Source: Nemertoderma westbladi
Taxonomy: Eukaryota; Animalia; Xenacoelomorpha
DNA: 64,000 nucleotides
Assembly: GCA_032718475.1 (NCBI GenBank)
Contig: JAUCBJ010009153.1
Coordinates: 1-64,000, forward strand
Direction: 5' to 3'
In this document: piece after piece, positions 32,552-45,200 of the stretch
Numbering within the stretch: the first letter of the stretch is position 1
How the letters are laid out: each line of letters starts with the position of its first letter
The notes under the pieces: model-generated
Told to the model about the DNA's origin: nothing
The model's database searches: none
What the model saw: the letters and a program-made list of their open reading frames with translations, nothing else
Made by a program: the position numbers and the translations under genes

Positions 32552-34696
32552 TACTACTACTAGGATCGGCATGCTGCATTGCAGCTGCATTTTTAAGAAT
32601 GCTGTGCCGGCTTGTCAACAAAATTGCACCGCCACAACTCCCTATCACCCATGACATTTGCTAGATCATCCGCATCTTTAAGGCCAGTGTCCTTTAAGAT
32701 GCGTCTCAAGAAAGTCATGGGCTGTCCACCATGCTTATTCACTCCATGAGGCTGCCAAAGTACAAGATTATGCACTGGCTGGTCCTCACGGCGAAAGCAA
32801 TGTCCTGCAAAGCGGAGGCGATTTTGTTCTAGTGTCAAGCTTGGGGGAACCAATGAGACACCTCCAATGTTATATAGTGTCTGGTTGGAGATGTGTGCAT
32901 TGTACTTGACACAATGTACCCGGCGTAGCATTCTTGTGAATGTGCCATCCAGAGATTTGGTGTCCTCAGCAGTTAGAGCCCAGCATGGACTCCCGTAGAG
33001 GAGTACTGGAACTACTGCTGCTCTGAATAATCGGATCTTAAGTTTCCGATTAATTCTAGGTGACTTCCAAAACCTGGAAAGCCTATTCAAGGCTGCCCAT
33101 GCCTTTCCCTTACGTATTCGAAGGTCCTCACCTGACTTCCGGATCCATGATCCCAGGTAACAGAAGTCGTCCACATGCTCAAGCATACCATCCTTTGAGC
33201 TTATGCTCATCCGATCAGAGACTTGCTGAGGACTTTCAAAGTTAACTGTCAGAATTTTGGTCTTTCTGGAGTTAATAAAAAGACCAACACTAGAAGCAGC
33301 ATGTTCTAATGAGCTGAGGAGCCGCTGGGCTCCCTCTAATGATTCTGAGAGTACTCCTAAGTCATCAGCAAAGTCTAGATCAGTTAGGTACTTGGCAGGA
33401 TTTCCTCGACTTCTGGAGCCAGTAGGTGGAGTTATCAACACCCCATCATCATTATGATGATCTAAGGACATGCGTAGAACATAGTCAACCACAATAATGA
33501 ACAAGAATGGTGCAAGTGTGTCTCCTTGGAGGACGCCCCATAACACTTCAAATGGTTCTGTGTCACCATCAACAGTAGACACAAATGTTGTCGAACCATC
33601 GTATACTGATCTGATTGCTGCAATAATTTCATCAGGAATCCCATATAATGAAAGTATGCTGAACATACGTGAGCGAGAGACTGAATCAAAGGCCTTGAAG
33701 AAGTCAACAAAGATAACAGCCAGATGCCTGTCTTTCTTTTTTGATAACTCTTCAATTATCCTTCTAAGTGCCAAAATGGGCTCCATGGTCCCACGACCTT
33801 TACGGAACCCATTCTGATTTCCACGTAGCAGTCTCTCAATGGGATCCCTGATGCGATTTAATAGAATTCTATTGTATAGTTTTGCAGCAATCGAGATCAA
33901 TGAGATTCCCCGAAAAGAACCATAGAGTGTTAGGTTGCCCTTCTTGGGAACTGGCACCAACTTATTTGTTTTCATTTCTTGTGGGACTCTTGTTGTACGG
34001 TACATGTCTACTATGATGGGATAGATGAGCTTTAAACACTCAGGTATTTTAAAGACCTCAGGGGGAACACCATCTACTCCACTGGCACGATTGGTCTTAA
34101 TGCTCTTTGCAGCAGCCTTCACTTCTGCAAAGGAGATATCGCCAATGGGAATATCTGGGAGTACAGACTCAGACACTTTTACTTCTATAAAGTTATCAGG
34201 CAATACCCTGTCATTATTGAGGAGCTTTTCAAAGTGGGCTTTCCAACCATTGAGGCGATCGGCTGGTGATTCAGCCTTAACCTTGGTGGTTGGTTGGCTT
34301 TTCCGCCCAGTAAGCAGATTGATCGATTTCCATGCCTGGGATGATTGCCTGCTGTCGTCAGCATCATTGATGGCATCAACCTGTTGGTTTATTAGCTCCT
34401 GTAGATTAACAGAGTACTGCCTGTTCAGGGACCTAGATGCAGCTTTAACTGCATTCTTGGCCGCTGTAGTCTGTTTGAGTCGGGACTCTTTCTGCGCCTT
34501 ATGAAGGTCATTTCGGCACTTCTGAATTTTGTTGTCAGTCCAGGGTGCCCTTTTCCTGTTTCGAGGGTATACAGGAACTGTTTCTGCAGCTGCTAACTTA
34601 ACTGCTTCTGTAAAGGCAGTATAGCCCTCACAGTGATCTGCCGCCTCAGAGGCAAGAGCCTCATACCTGTTGCTCAGCTGTAGTGTGAAGCTTGTT
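32552..34696 (-). mobile_element. 5'-truncated RTE-clade LINE nested in BEL pol
   Basis: 11-bp TSD TGTTTGGAGAC (32541-32551, 34697-34707); (TAG)n tail; ~30-bp 3' UTR. Confidence 0.96.
32593..34695 (-). pseudogene. RTE ORF fragment: linker + complete RT, endonuclease missing
   Basis: Frame open from the truncation point (TSFTLQLSNRYEAL...); FRGISL, QNGFRKGR, FVDFFKAFDSV, GVLQGDTLAP, LDFADD, YLGS, RLRFAGHC. Confidence 0.94.
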
Positions 34697-34707
34697 TGTT
34701 TGGAGAC

Positions 34708-37050
34708 GCCAGCGACATGGGAATAGGTATAGTAGCATATCTGCGAGTTGAAACCCCGGATGGAATCAAAGTCGCCTTGGTTACCTCTAAGGCATTGATT
34801 AACAACAAGTTAAAGGTTCCTCGAGCGGAGTTAAAGGCGGCTTTATACGCTACAGCCATAGGCCGGAACGTAACGGAACAAATCGACTATCCACTGGAGA
34901 AAACGGTTTATTGGACTGACGCTTTACTCGTATTGGAGTATCTAACCAATGAAGTCTGTCAGTTCAGCGTTTTTGTTACTAACAGAGTAGCTATTATTCT
35001 TAGTCGCACAAAGATAGATCAATGGAGACATTGCCCTGGTACGATTAATCCAGCCGATATCGCCTCCAGGGGAGCAACTCCACAGGAACTGATAGATACT
35101 CCAGATTGGTTGGGTGGACCCAACTTCCTGAGCAAGGAAGAGGATGAATGGCCTCCTCACCTTACTACGGCGGAGATTAGACAAGCCAAGGGAGCGGAGA
35201 CAGTCAAACCTAAAACCCGGGCGAGTAAATCGAAGTTATTTAAACCGACTATCGATCTATCTGTATTACATACTTCCGGGAATGATGCTTCGGATCCACA
35301 ATCCCTCAACACAAATAAGTCTGTTGTGGAAATTAGAGATAGAGATTGGAAATCTGGAATACCAGACGTCTCGCAAGGAATCTCACCCATGCTGCAGAGA
35401 GCAATGCATCATTACAGTTCCTGGAATCGGCTCTGTAAAGCCGTCACATATTTAAGACGATGTTTTCATCATCACTACTCCAGGACGAAGACCACTAGTG
35501 ATACCGCTCCATTGACATCTGCACAAGTTGATGTTATTAAAAATTTACCCAAATATAAGATATCTGACCGTTTTCTAAAGGAGAAAATTAGTCACCAGGA
35601 GCATGAAGAAACCAATAAGCAGATACTGAGACTCCTGCAATGCTATGAGGATTCCGAAAGGTATTTCCTATTGTTGAGAAATCCGCAGATGCGCTTAAGG
35701 GATCGATTCTCGAGCACAATGATAGATGGGTTAATACGTGTTGGAGGAAGACTCACCAATGCGCCCTTATCCTTTGACACCAAATTCCCCATACTTATTA
35801 GAAATCTTGAAGTACAAATCAAGATGATTGTAGATGTTCACAGTAAACTTTATCATGCTGGTAGAGAACGAATTCTTAGCGAAATTCGAACTCGCTACTA
35901 TTTTGATAAACCCTGTAGAGCCCTGAACCAAGTTCTTAGGAACTGCATACCCTGTAGGAAAGCATTCAGTAGGCCTTTAACACAGCGAGAGGCAGAATTA
36001 CCTAGGGAACGAGTAAGCTTCTATGAACCACCTTTTACTAATACTGGTGTAGATTTATTTGGCCCTATTGAAGTATATCGTGCTAGGACTATAGTCAAGA
36101 GATGGTGTGTCATCTTCGTGTGCATGACTTGTAGAGCCATCCATCTCGATATGGTGAACGATCTATCTACCAACAGCTTCGTCTTAAGTTTACGACGACA
36201 GATTGCTCGCTTCGGGACGAGTAATACCATGAGATCGGATAAGGGAACGAACTTCATTGGTGCCAACAACGAAATACAGGCTTACGTGAAGGACTGGAAC
36301 CAAAGACAGGTGGACGACCAGCTAAGGATAACAGCGTCTAGCTGGACCTTCAACGCCGCCGACGCCCCTTGGTGGGGAGGAAGTTGGGAGAGATTAATTC
36401 GAAGTGTCAAAACCGCATTTAACTTTATAGTGCCATGCCGCGCGTATCTCACCGATGAACTTTTGCACACATTAATGGAGGAAATCGCTGCCTATCTCAA
36501 CGAGAGACCGCTTATGCCAGTCTCATCGAGTCCCGATTCCCTGGAAGCGCTAACACCCGCGCACTTCCTACTGAAGAAACCTGTAGCCATGCTCCCACGA
36601 TCGGAGATTGCCGACGGAGACGAATACTGCCGTCGAACTTGGCAACTTATGCAGTTGCTATCCCGTCGTTTCGCTGACCATTTCGAGAAACATTATCTGC
36701 CCACGCTACAACTTCGAACTAAGTGGTTTGCGCAGCAAGAAAACGTCAGCGCCGGAGATATGGTGCTTATTGTAGATCCAGACCTCCCACGTAAACGGTG
36801 GCAGACAGGTCGTATCATCGAGACTCACATCTCGGATGATGGTTTAGTGCGCTCAGTAGAACTTGTCGTCATGCGGCGTAACTTCAAGAAGCCAGGCATA
36901 ATCTTTGAGACGCAACAACTCAATCGCCCAGTTGGTCGTTTATGTTTACTGGAAAGAGACAGAGAACTCTCCGGAAACTATGGAAGGCAAGACACTCTTC
37001 CCACGACCACCTCCCTAATTCCTCAAACATCTAGGGACTCCCCAACGTGA
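34708..37050 (+). CDS. BEL/Pao RNase H + integrase portion (continuation of 28232-32551)
   Basis: Removing the RTE and one TSD restores HVFGDASDMGIG; PRAELKAA, WTD, NPADIASRG; HHCC (H..HAG..CIPC); DDE core GVDLFGP, SDKGTNF, WERLIRSVK. Confidence 0.95.
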   Translation, partial: ASDMGIGIVAYLRVETPDGIKVALVTSKALINNKLKVPRAELKAALYATAIGRNVTEQIDYPLEKTVYWTDALLVLEYLTNEVCQFSVFVTNRVAIILSRTKIDQWRHCPGTINPADIASRGATPQELIDTPDWLGGPNFLSKEEDEWPPHLTTAEIRQAKGAETVKPKTRASKSKLFKPTIDLSVLHTSGNDASDPQSLNTNKSVVEIRDRDWKSGIPDVSQGISPMLQRAMHHYSSWNRLCKAVTYLRRCFHHHYSRTKTTSDTAPLTSAQVDVIKNLPKYKISDRFLKEKISHQEHEETNKQILRLLQCYEDSERYFLLLRNPQMRLRDRFSSTMIDGLIRVGGRLTNAPLSFDTKFPILIRNLEVQIKMIVDVHSKLYHAGRERILSEIRTRYYFDKPCRALNQVLRNCIPCRKAFSRPLTQREAELPRERVSFYEPPFTNTGVDLFGPIEVYRARTIVKRWCVIFVCMTCRAIHLDMVNDLSTNSFVLSLRRQIARFGTSNTMRSDKGTNFIGANNEIQAYVKDWNQRQVDDQLRITASSWTFNAADAPWWGGSWERLIRSVKTAFNFIVPCRAYLTDELLHTLMEEIAAYLNERPLMPVSSSPDSLEALTPAHFLLKKPVAMLPRSEIADGDEYCRRTWQLMQLLSRRFADHFEKHYLPTLQLRTKWFAQQENVSAGDMVLIVDPDLPRKRWQTGRIIETHISDDGLVRSVELVVMRRNFKKPGIIFETQQLNRPVGRLCLLERDRELSGNYGRQDTLPTTTSLIPQTSRDSPT

Positions 37051-37598
37051 TACGTCTGGAGTGGGTGTATGACTATATTGTTTTATCTATTTTATTATAT
37101 TTTTATATGCGAACTTTATTATGTACTTTATTATAATCGTTTTTATTCAATTTTATTTAGTAGAATGTTATTTTAGTGATTATTTAGTAGGTTAGTGCAA
37201 TATATTAGTGTTTATTACGTAATTTACATATATAATATATATTTAGTGCGACGGCGAGAAATAATTATTTTTCTCTTTCCTTACTGTACGTATCCTATTA
37301 TAAATACGTGACTACAGTAAGATGAAATGTCCGTACTTATTAAAGTACAATAAAGCCACTACTATATTCAAGTATTATTGGTAGGCAGAGTATTAGGAAT
37401 GCAAAGTTCAGATCCTCGTGTCTCGGCTAAACCAAGCTCTGGGTAGACATTGGAAACGACTTGCCTCTTCACACTGACATTGCTTCGTGCGATATTGCTC
37501 TTCTACCTTATATTAAATAATACATATAGTAGCGTGATGTCCATATAACAGTAGCGTAAAACGCAAATAAATCTGTTAAACCTTTTGACCATCTGTAA

Positions 37599-37880
37599 TT
37601 CTAGTCGATTAAGATATCGCGGCACCCACCGATATACTTGAAAGACAAATTCTAGAATCAGTGGTTAATGTCCCCAGACAAGTTCTGGAATAAATCGGTG
37701 CCCATCTTAAATATTAATTTAATATTTATTAAAATCTGTAAAATTCAGATCCTTTAAAATTTCTAGTCAATTAAGATATCGCAGCACTTACCGATACTCT
37801 TAAAAGACAATTTTATAGAATTAAGGATCCTAAGTCCCCAGACATGCTCTGGAATAAAAATTGTGTCAAATTTAACATCA
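37599..37880 (+). repeat. 162-bp-period diverged duplication in BEL 3' non-coding region
   Basis: ctagtc(g/a)attaagatatcgc...gtccccagaca...ctggaataaa at 37601 and 37763. Confidence 0.88.
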
Positions 37881-38320
37881 AATAATAAAATTCACGGGAA
37901 TAAATTTAAATTCATACTTTAAATGAATTTCATAAATTGTCGTTTTGTGCAATTTATAACATTCCCAAACAAATTAATTAATAGATCATGGGAGCGGAGA
38001 TTCATCCTATTGAGTGTATTAGAGTGCGAGAATCTCCGACATATAGTCAATAGCCAATAAAATTAATAAAATCATGTATAAAGAGGATATTGACAATTAA
38101 AGAATTATTATTAAATAGCATTCCAGATCTGTATGCATGAGAATTACCCTAATTCTACCGCTAGCATTCCATAATGTCACCATAGCAACACCCACGCTAG
38201 AATTAGAAGCAAGTTAAAAGAACAATAGAAAGCTTGTCCCATTGCATAGCATAGAGAATATAGCACACTGTTAGTATCCAAGGATACACAGTAATAACAC
38301 AGTAATAACACAGATACACA

Positions 38321-39220
38321 GTGGTTGACTATGTTCTACGCATGTCCTTAGATCATCATAATGATGATGGGGTGATGATAACTCCACCTACTGGTTCCAG
38401 AAGTCGAGGAAATCCTGCCAAGTACCTAACTGATCTAGACTTTGCTGATGACTTAGGAGTACTCTCAGAATCATTAGAGGGAGCCCAACGGCTCCTCAGC
38501 TCATTAGAACATGCTGCTTCTAGTGTTGGTCTTTTTATTAACTCCAGAAAGACCAAAATTCTGACAGTTAACTTTGAAAGTCCTCAGCAAGTCTCTGATC
38601 GGATGAGCATAAGCTCAAAGGATGGTATGCTTGAGCATGTGGACGACTTCTGTTACCTGGGATCATGGATCCGGAAGTCAGGTGAGGACCTTCGAATACG
38701 TAAGGGAAAGGCATGGGCAGCCTTGAATAGGCTTTCCAGGATTTGGAAGTCACCGAGAATTAATCGGAAACTTAAGGTCCGATTATTTAGAGCAGCAGTA
38801 GTTCCAGTACTCCTCTACGGGAGTCCATGCTGGGCGCAAACTGCTGAGGACACCAAATCTCTGGATGGCACATTCACAAGAATGCTACGCCGGGTTCATT
38901 GTGTCAAGTACAATGCACACATCTCCAACCAGACACTATATAACATTGGAGGTGTCTCATTGGTTCCCCCAAGCTTGACACTAGAACAAAATCGCCTCCG
39001 CTTTGCAGGACATTGCTTTCGCTGTGAGGACCAGCCAGTGCATAATCTTGTACTTTGGCAGCCTCATGGAGTGAATAAGCATGGTGGACAGCCCATGACT
39101 TTCTTGAGACGCATCTTAAAGGACACTGGCCTCAAAGATGCGGATGATCTAGCAAATGTCATGGGTGATAGGGAGTTGTGGCGGTGCAATTTTGTTGACA
39201 AGCCGGCACAGCATTCTTAA
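38321..39220 (+). pseudogene. RTE RT C-terminal fragment (299 codons)
   Basis: LDFADD motif; five amino-acid differences from the nested copy (L/M, F/I, I/V, L/Q, R/C). Confidence 0.94.
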
Positions 39221-39264
39221 AAATGCAGCTGCAATGCAGCATGCCGATCCTAGTAGTAGTAGTA
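38321..39264 (+). mobile_element. Second 5'-truncated copy of the same RTE family
   Basis: Near-identical to the reverse complement of 32552-33492; same 3' UTR and TAGTAGTAGTAGTA tail fused to satellite; no TSD. Confidence 0.96.
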
Positions 39265-42200
39265 CCTAGTAAAACAAACAAAGTGCGGCACTCTACCGGT
39301 ACTACCTAGTAAAACAAACAAAGTGCGGCACTCTACCGGTACTACCTAGTAAAACAAACAAAGTGCGACACTCTACCGGTACTACCTAGTAAAACTCGAA
39401 GTCCGGCACTCTACCAGTACTACCTAGTAAAACAAACAAAGTGCGGCACTCTAACGGTACTACCTAGTAAAACTCAAAGTTCGGCACTCTACCGGTACTA
39501 CCTAGTAAAACAAACAAAGTGCGGCACTCTACCAGTACTACCTAGTAAAACTCAAAGTTCGGCAATCTACCAGTACTACCTAGTAAAACAAACAAAGTTC
39601 GGCACTCTACCAGTACTACCTGGTGAAACAAACAAAGTTCGGCACTCTACCAGTACTACCTAGTGAAACTCAAAGTCCGGCACTCTACCAGTACTACCTA
39701 GTAAAACAAACAAAGTGCGGCACTCTATCAGTACTACCTAGTAAAACTCAAAGTCCGGCACTCTACCAGTACTACCTAGTAAAACTCAAAGTTCGGCACT
39801 CTACCAGTACTACCTAGTGAAACTCAAAGTTCGGCCATCTACCAGTACTACCTAGTAAAACAAACAAAGTTCGGCACTCTACCAGTACTACCTAGTGAAA
39901 CAAACAAAGTGCGGGACTCTACCGGTACTACCTAGTGAAACAAACAAAGTTCGGCACTCTACCGGTACTACCTAGCAAAACAAACAAAGTTCGGCACTCT
40001 ACCGGTACTACCTAGTAAAACAAACAAAGTTCGGCACTCTACCAGTACTACCTAGTGAAACTCAAAGTTCGGCCATCTACCAGTACTACCTAGTAAAACA
40101 AACAAAGTTCGGCACTCTACCAGTACTACCTAGTGAAACAAACAAAGTGCGGGACTCTACCGGTACTACCTAGTGAAACTCAAAGTTCGGCCATCTACCA
40201 GTACTACCTAGTAAAACAAACAAAGTGCGGCACTCTACCAGTACTACCCAGTGAAACAAACAAAGTGCGGCACTCTACCAGTACTACCTAGTAAAACAAA
40301 CAAAGTGCGGCACTCTACCAGTACTACCTAGTAAAACAAACAAAGTTCGGCACTCTACCAGTACTACCTAGTAAAACAAACAAAGTGCGGCACTCTACCG
40401 GTACTACCTAGTAAAACAAACAAAGTGCGGCACTCTACCGGTACTACCTAGTAAAACAAACAAAGTTCGGCACTCTACCAGTACTACCTAGTGAAACAAA
40501 CAAAGTCCGGCACTCTACCAGTACTACCTAGTAAAACAAACAAAGTGCGGCACTCTACCGGTACTACCTAGTGAAACAAACAAAGTTCGGCACTCTACCG
40601 GTACTACCTAGTAAAACAAACAAAGTGCGGCACTCTACCAGTACTACCTAGTGAAACTCAAAGTTCGGCACTCTACCAGTACTACCTAGTAAAACAAACA
40701 AAGTGCGGCACTCTACCGGTACTACCTAGTAAAACAAACAAAGTGCGGCACTCTACCAGTACTACCTAGTAAAACTCAAAGTCCGGCACTCTACCAGTAC
40801 TACCTAGTAAAACAAACAAAGTGCGACACTCTACCAGTACTACCTAGTAAAACAAACAAAGTTCGGCACTCTACCGGTACTACCTAGTAAAACAAACAAA
40901 GTGCGGCACTCTACCAGTACTACCTAGTGAAACTCAAAGTTCGGCACTCTACCAGTACTACCTAGTAAAACAAACAAAGTGCGGCACTCTACCGGTACTA
41001 CCTAGTAAAACAAACAAAGTGCGGCACTCTACCAGTACTACCTAGTAAAACTCAAAGTCCGGCACTCTACCAGTACTACCTAGTAAAACAAACAAAGTGC
41101 GACACTCTACCAGTACTACCTAGTAAAACAAACAAAGTTCGGCACTCTACCAGTACTACCTAGTAAAACAAACAAAGTGCGGCACTCTACCAGTACTACC
41201 TAGTAAAACAAACAAAGTGCGGCACTCTACCAGTACTACCTAGTAAAACTCAAAGTCCGGCACTCTACCAGTACTACCTAGTAAAACAAACAAAGTGCGA
41301 CACTCTACCAGTACTACCTAGTAAAACAAACAAAGTTCGGCACTCTACCGGTACTACCTAGTAAAACAAACAAAGTGCGGCACTCTACCAGTACTACCTA
41401 GTAAAACTCAAAGTCCGGCACTCTACCGGTACTACCTAGTAAAACTCAAAGTCCGGCACTCTACCAGTACTACCTAGTAAAACAAACAAAGTGCGACACT
41501 CTACCAGTACTACCTAGTAAAACTCAAAGTCCGGCACTCTACCAGTACTACCTAGTAAAACAAACAAAGTGCGGCCCTCTACCAGTACTACCTAGTAAAA
41601 CAAACAAAGTGCGGCACTCTACCAGTACTACCTAGTAAAACAAACAAAGTGCGGCACTCTACCAGTACTACCTAGTAAAACTCAAAGTCCGGCACTCTAC
41701 CAGTACTACCTAGTAAAACAAACAAAGTGCGACACTCTACCAGTACTACCTAGTAAAACAAACAAAGTTCGGCACTCTACCGGTACTACCTAGTAAAACA
41801 AACAAAGTGCGGCACTCTACCAGTACTACCTAGTAAAACAAACAAAGTGCGGCACTCTACCAGTACTACCTAGTAAAACTCAAAGTCCGGCACTCTACCA
41901 GTACTACCTAATAAAACAAACAAAGTTCGGCACTCTACCGGTACTACCTAGTAAAACAAACAAAGTGCGGCACTCTACTAGTACTACCTAATAAAACAAA
42001 CAAAGTGCGACACTCTACCAGTACTACCTAGTAAAACTCAAAGTCCGGCACTCTACCAGTACTACCTAGTAAAACAAACAAAGTGCGACACTCTACCAGT
42101 ACTACCTAGTAAAACAAACAAAGTTCGGCACTCTACCGGTACTACCTAGTAAAACAAACAAAGTGCGGCACTCTACCAGTACTACCTAGTAAAACAAACA

Positions 42201-45200
42201 AAGTGCGGCACTCTACCAGTACTACCTAGTAAAACTCAAAGTCCGGCACTCTACCAGTACTACCTAGTAAAACAAACAAAGTCCGGCACTCTACCAGTAC
42301 TACCTAGTAAAACAAACAAAGTGCGACACTCTACCAGTACTACCTAGTAAAACAAACAAAGTTCGGCACTCTACCGGTACTACCTAGTAAAACAAACAAA
42401 GTGCGGCACTCTAGCAGTACTACCTAGTAAAACAAACAAAGTGCGGCACTCTACCAGTACTACCTAGTACAACAAACAAAGTGCGGCACTCTAACAGTAC
42501 TACCTAGTAAAACTCAAAGTTCGGCACTCTACCGGTACTACCTAGTAAAACAAACAAAGTGCGGCACTCTACCAGTACTACCTAGTAAAACTCAAAGTTC
42601 GGCAATCTACCAGTACTACCTAGTAAAACAAACAAAGTTCGGCACTCTACCAGTACTACCTGGTGAAACAAACAAAGTTCGGCACTCTACCAGTACTACC
42701 TAGTGAAACTAACAAAGTCCGGCACTCTACCAGTACTACCTAGTAAAACAAACAAAGTGCGGCACTCTATCAGTACTACCTAGTAAAACTCAAAGTCCGG
42801 CACTCTACCAGTACTACCTAGTAAAACTCAAAGTTCGGCACTCTACCAGTACTACCTAGTGAAACTAACAAAGTTCGGCCACTCTGCCAGTACTACCTAG
42901 TAAAACAAACAAAGTTCGGCACTCTACCAGTACTACCTAGTGAAACAAACAAAGTGCGGCACTCTACCGGTACTACCTAGTGAAACAAACAAAGTTCGGC
43001 ACTCTACCGGTACTACCTAGCAAAACAAACAAAGTTCGGCACTCTACCGGTACTACCTAGTAAAACAAACAAAGTTCGGCACTCTACCAGTACTACCTAG
43101 TGAAACTCAAAGTTCGGCCACTCTACCAGTACTACCTAGTAAAACAAACAAAGTTCGGCACTCTACCAGTACTACCTAGTGAAACAAACAAAGTGCGGCA
43201 CTCTACCGGTACTACCTAGTGAAACAAACAAAGTTCGGCACTCTACCAGTACTACCTAGTAAAACAAACAAAGTGCGGCACTCTACCAGTACTACCTAGT
43301 GAAACAAACAAAGTGCGGCACTCTACCAGTACTACCTAGTAAAACAAACAAAGTGCGGCACTCTACCAGTACTACCTAGTAAAACAAACAAAGTTCGGCA
43401 CTCTACCAGTACTACCTAGTAAAACAAACAAAGTGCGGCACTCTACCGGTACTACCTAGTAAAACAAACAAAGTGCGGCACTCTACCGGTACTACCTAGT
43501 AAAACAAACAAAGTGCGGCACTCTACCAGTACTACCTAGTAAAACTCAAAGTCCGGCACTCTACCAGTACTACCTAGTAAAACAAACAAAGTGCGGCACT
43601 CTACCAGTACTACCTAGTAAAACAAACAAAGTTCGGCACTCTACCGGTACTACCTAGTAAAACAAACAAAGTGCGGCACTCTACCAGTACTACCTAGTAA
43701 AACAAACAAAGTGCGGCACTCTACCAGTACTACCTAGTAAAACTCAAAGTCCGGCACTCTACCAGTACTACCTAGTAAAACAAACAAAGTGCGACACTCT
43801 ACCAGTACTACCTAGTAAAACAAACAAAGTTCGGCACTCTACCGGTACTACCTAGTAAAACAAACAAAGTGCGGCACTCTACCAGTACTACCTAGTAAAA
43901 CTCAAAGTCCGGCACTCTACCAGTACTACCTAGTAAAACAAACAAAGTGCGACACTCTACCAGTACTACCTAGTAAAACAAACAAAGTTCGGCACTCTAC
44001 CGGTACTACCTAGTAAAACAAACAAAGTGCGGCACTCTACCAGTACTACCTAGTAAAACAAACAAAGTGCGGCACTCTACCAGTACTACCTAGTAAAACT
44101 CAAAGTCCGGCACTCTACCAGTACTACCTAGTAAAACAAACAAAGTGCGACACTCTACCAGTACTACCTAGTAAAACAAACAAAGTTCGGCACTCTACCG
44201 GTACTACCTAGTAAAACAAACAAAGTGCGGCACTCTACCAGTACTACCTAGTAAAACTCAAAGTCCGGCACTCTACCGGTACTACCTAGTAAAACTCAAA
44301 GTCCGGCACTCTACCAGTACTACCTAGTAAAACAAACAAAGTGCGACACTCTACCAGTACTACCTAGTAAAACTCAAAGTCCGGCACTTTACCAGTACTA
44401 CCTAGTAAAACAAACAAAGTGCGACACTCTACCAGTACTACCTAGTAAAACAAACAAAGTTCGGCACTCTACCGGTACTACCTAGTAAAACAAACAAAGT
44501 GCGGCACTCTACCAGTACTACCTAGTAAAACAAACAAAGTGCGGCACTCTACCAGTACTACCTAGTAAAACTCAAAGTCCGGCACTCTACCAGTACTACC
44601 TAGTAAAACAAACAAAGTTCGGCACTCTACCGGTACTACCTAGTAAAACAAACAAAGTGCGGCACTCTACCAGTACTACCTAGTAAAACAAACAAAGTGC
44701 GGCACTCTACCAGTACTACCTAGTAAAACTCAAAGTCCGGCACTCTACCAGTACTACCTAGTAAAACAAACAAAGTGCGGCACTCTACCAGTACTACCTA
44801 GTAAAACAAACAAAGTGCGGCACTCTACCAGTACTACCCAGTAAAACAAACAAAGTGCGGCACTCTACCAGTACTACCTAGTAAAACAAACAAAGTGCGG
44901 CACTCTACCAGTACTACCTAGTAAAACAAACAAAGTGCGGCACTCTACCAGTACTACCTAGTAAAACAAACAAAGTGCGGCACTCTACCAGTACTACCTA
45001 GTAAAACAAACAAAGTGCGGCACTCTAACGGTACTACCTAGTAAAACTCAAAGTTCGGCACTCTACCGGTACTACCTAGTAAAACAAACAAAGTGCGGCA
45101 CTCTACCAGTACTACCTAGTAAAACTCAAAGTTCGGCAATCTACCAGTACTACCTAGTAAAACAAACAAAGTTCGGCACTCTACCAGTACTACCTTGTGA

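Larger units (their letters stand above)
23403..38320 (+). mobile_element. BEL/Pao LTR retrotransposon, 3'-incomplete, with nested RTE insertion
   Basis: Begins TGT immediately after satellite (typical LTR start); ~3.5 kb non-coding leader; gag-pro-RT-RH-IN order with BEL-type triple Zn knuckle. No second copy of the 23403 sequence seen. Assignment of all flanking non-coding DNA to the element is inferred. Confidence 0.8.

Noticed and set aside
1527-36470. Numerous 60-200 aa ORFs antisense to or overlapping the TE ORFs
   Set aside because: No recognisable motifs, mostly non-ATG starts; expected shadows of long coding frames.
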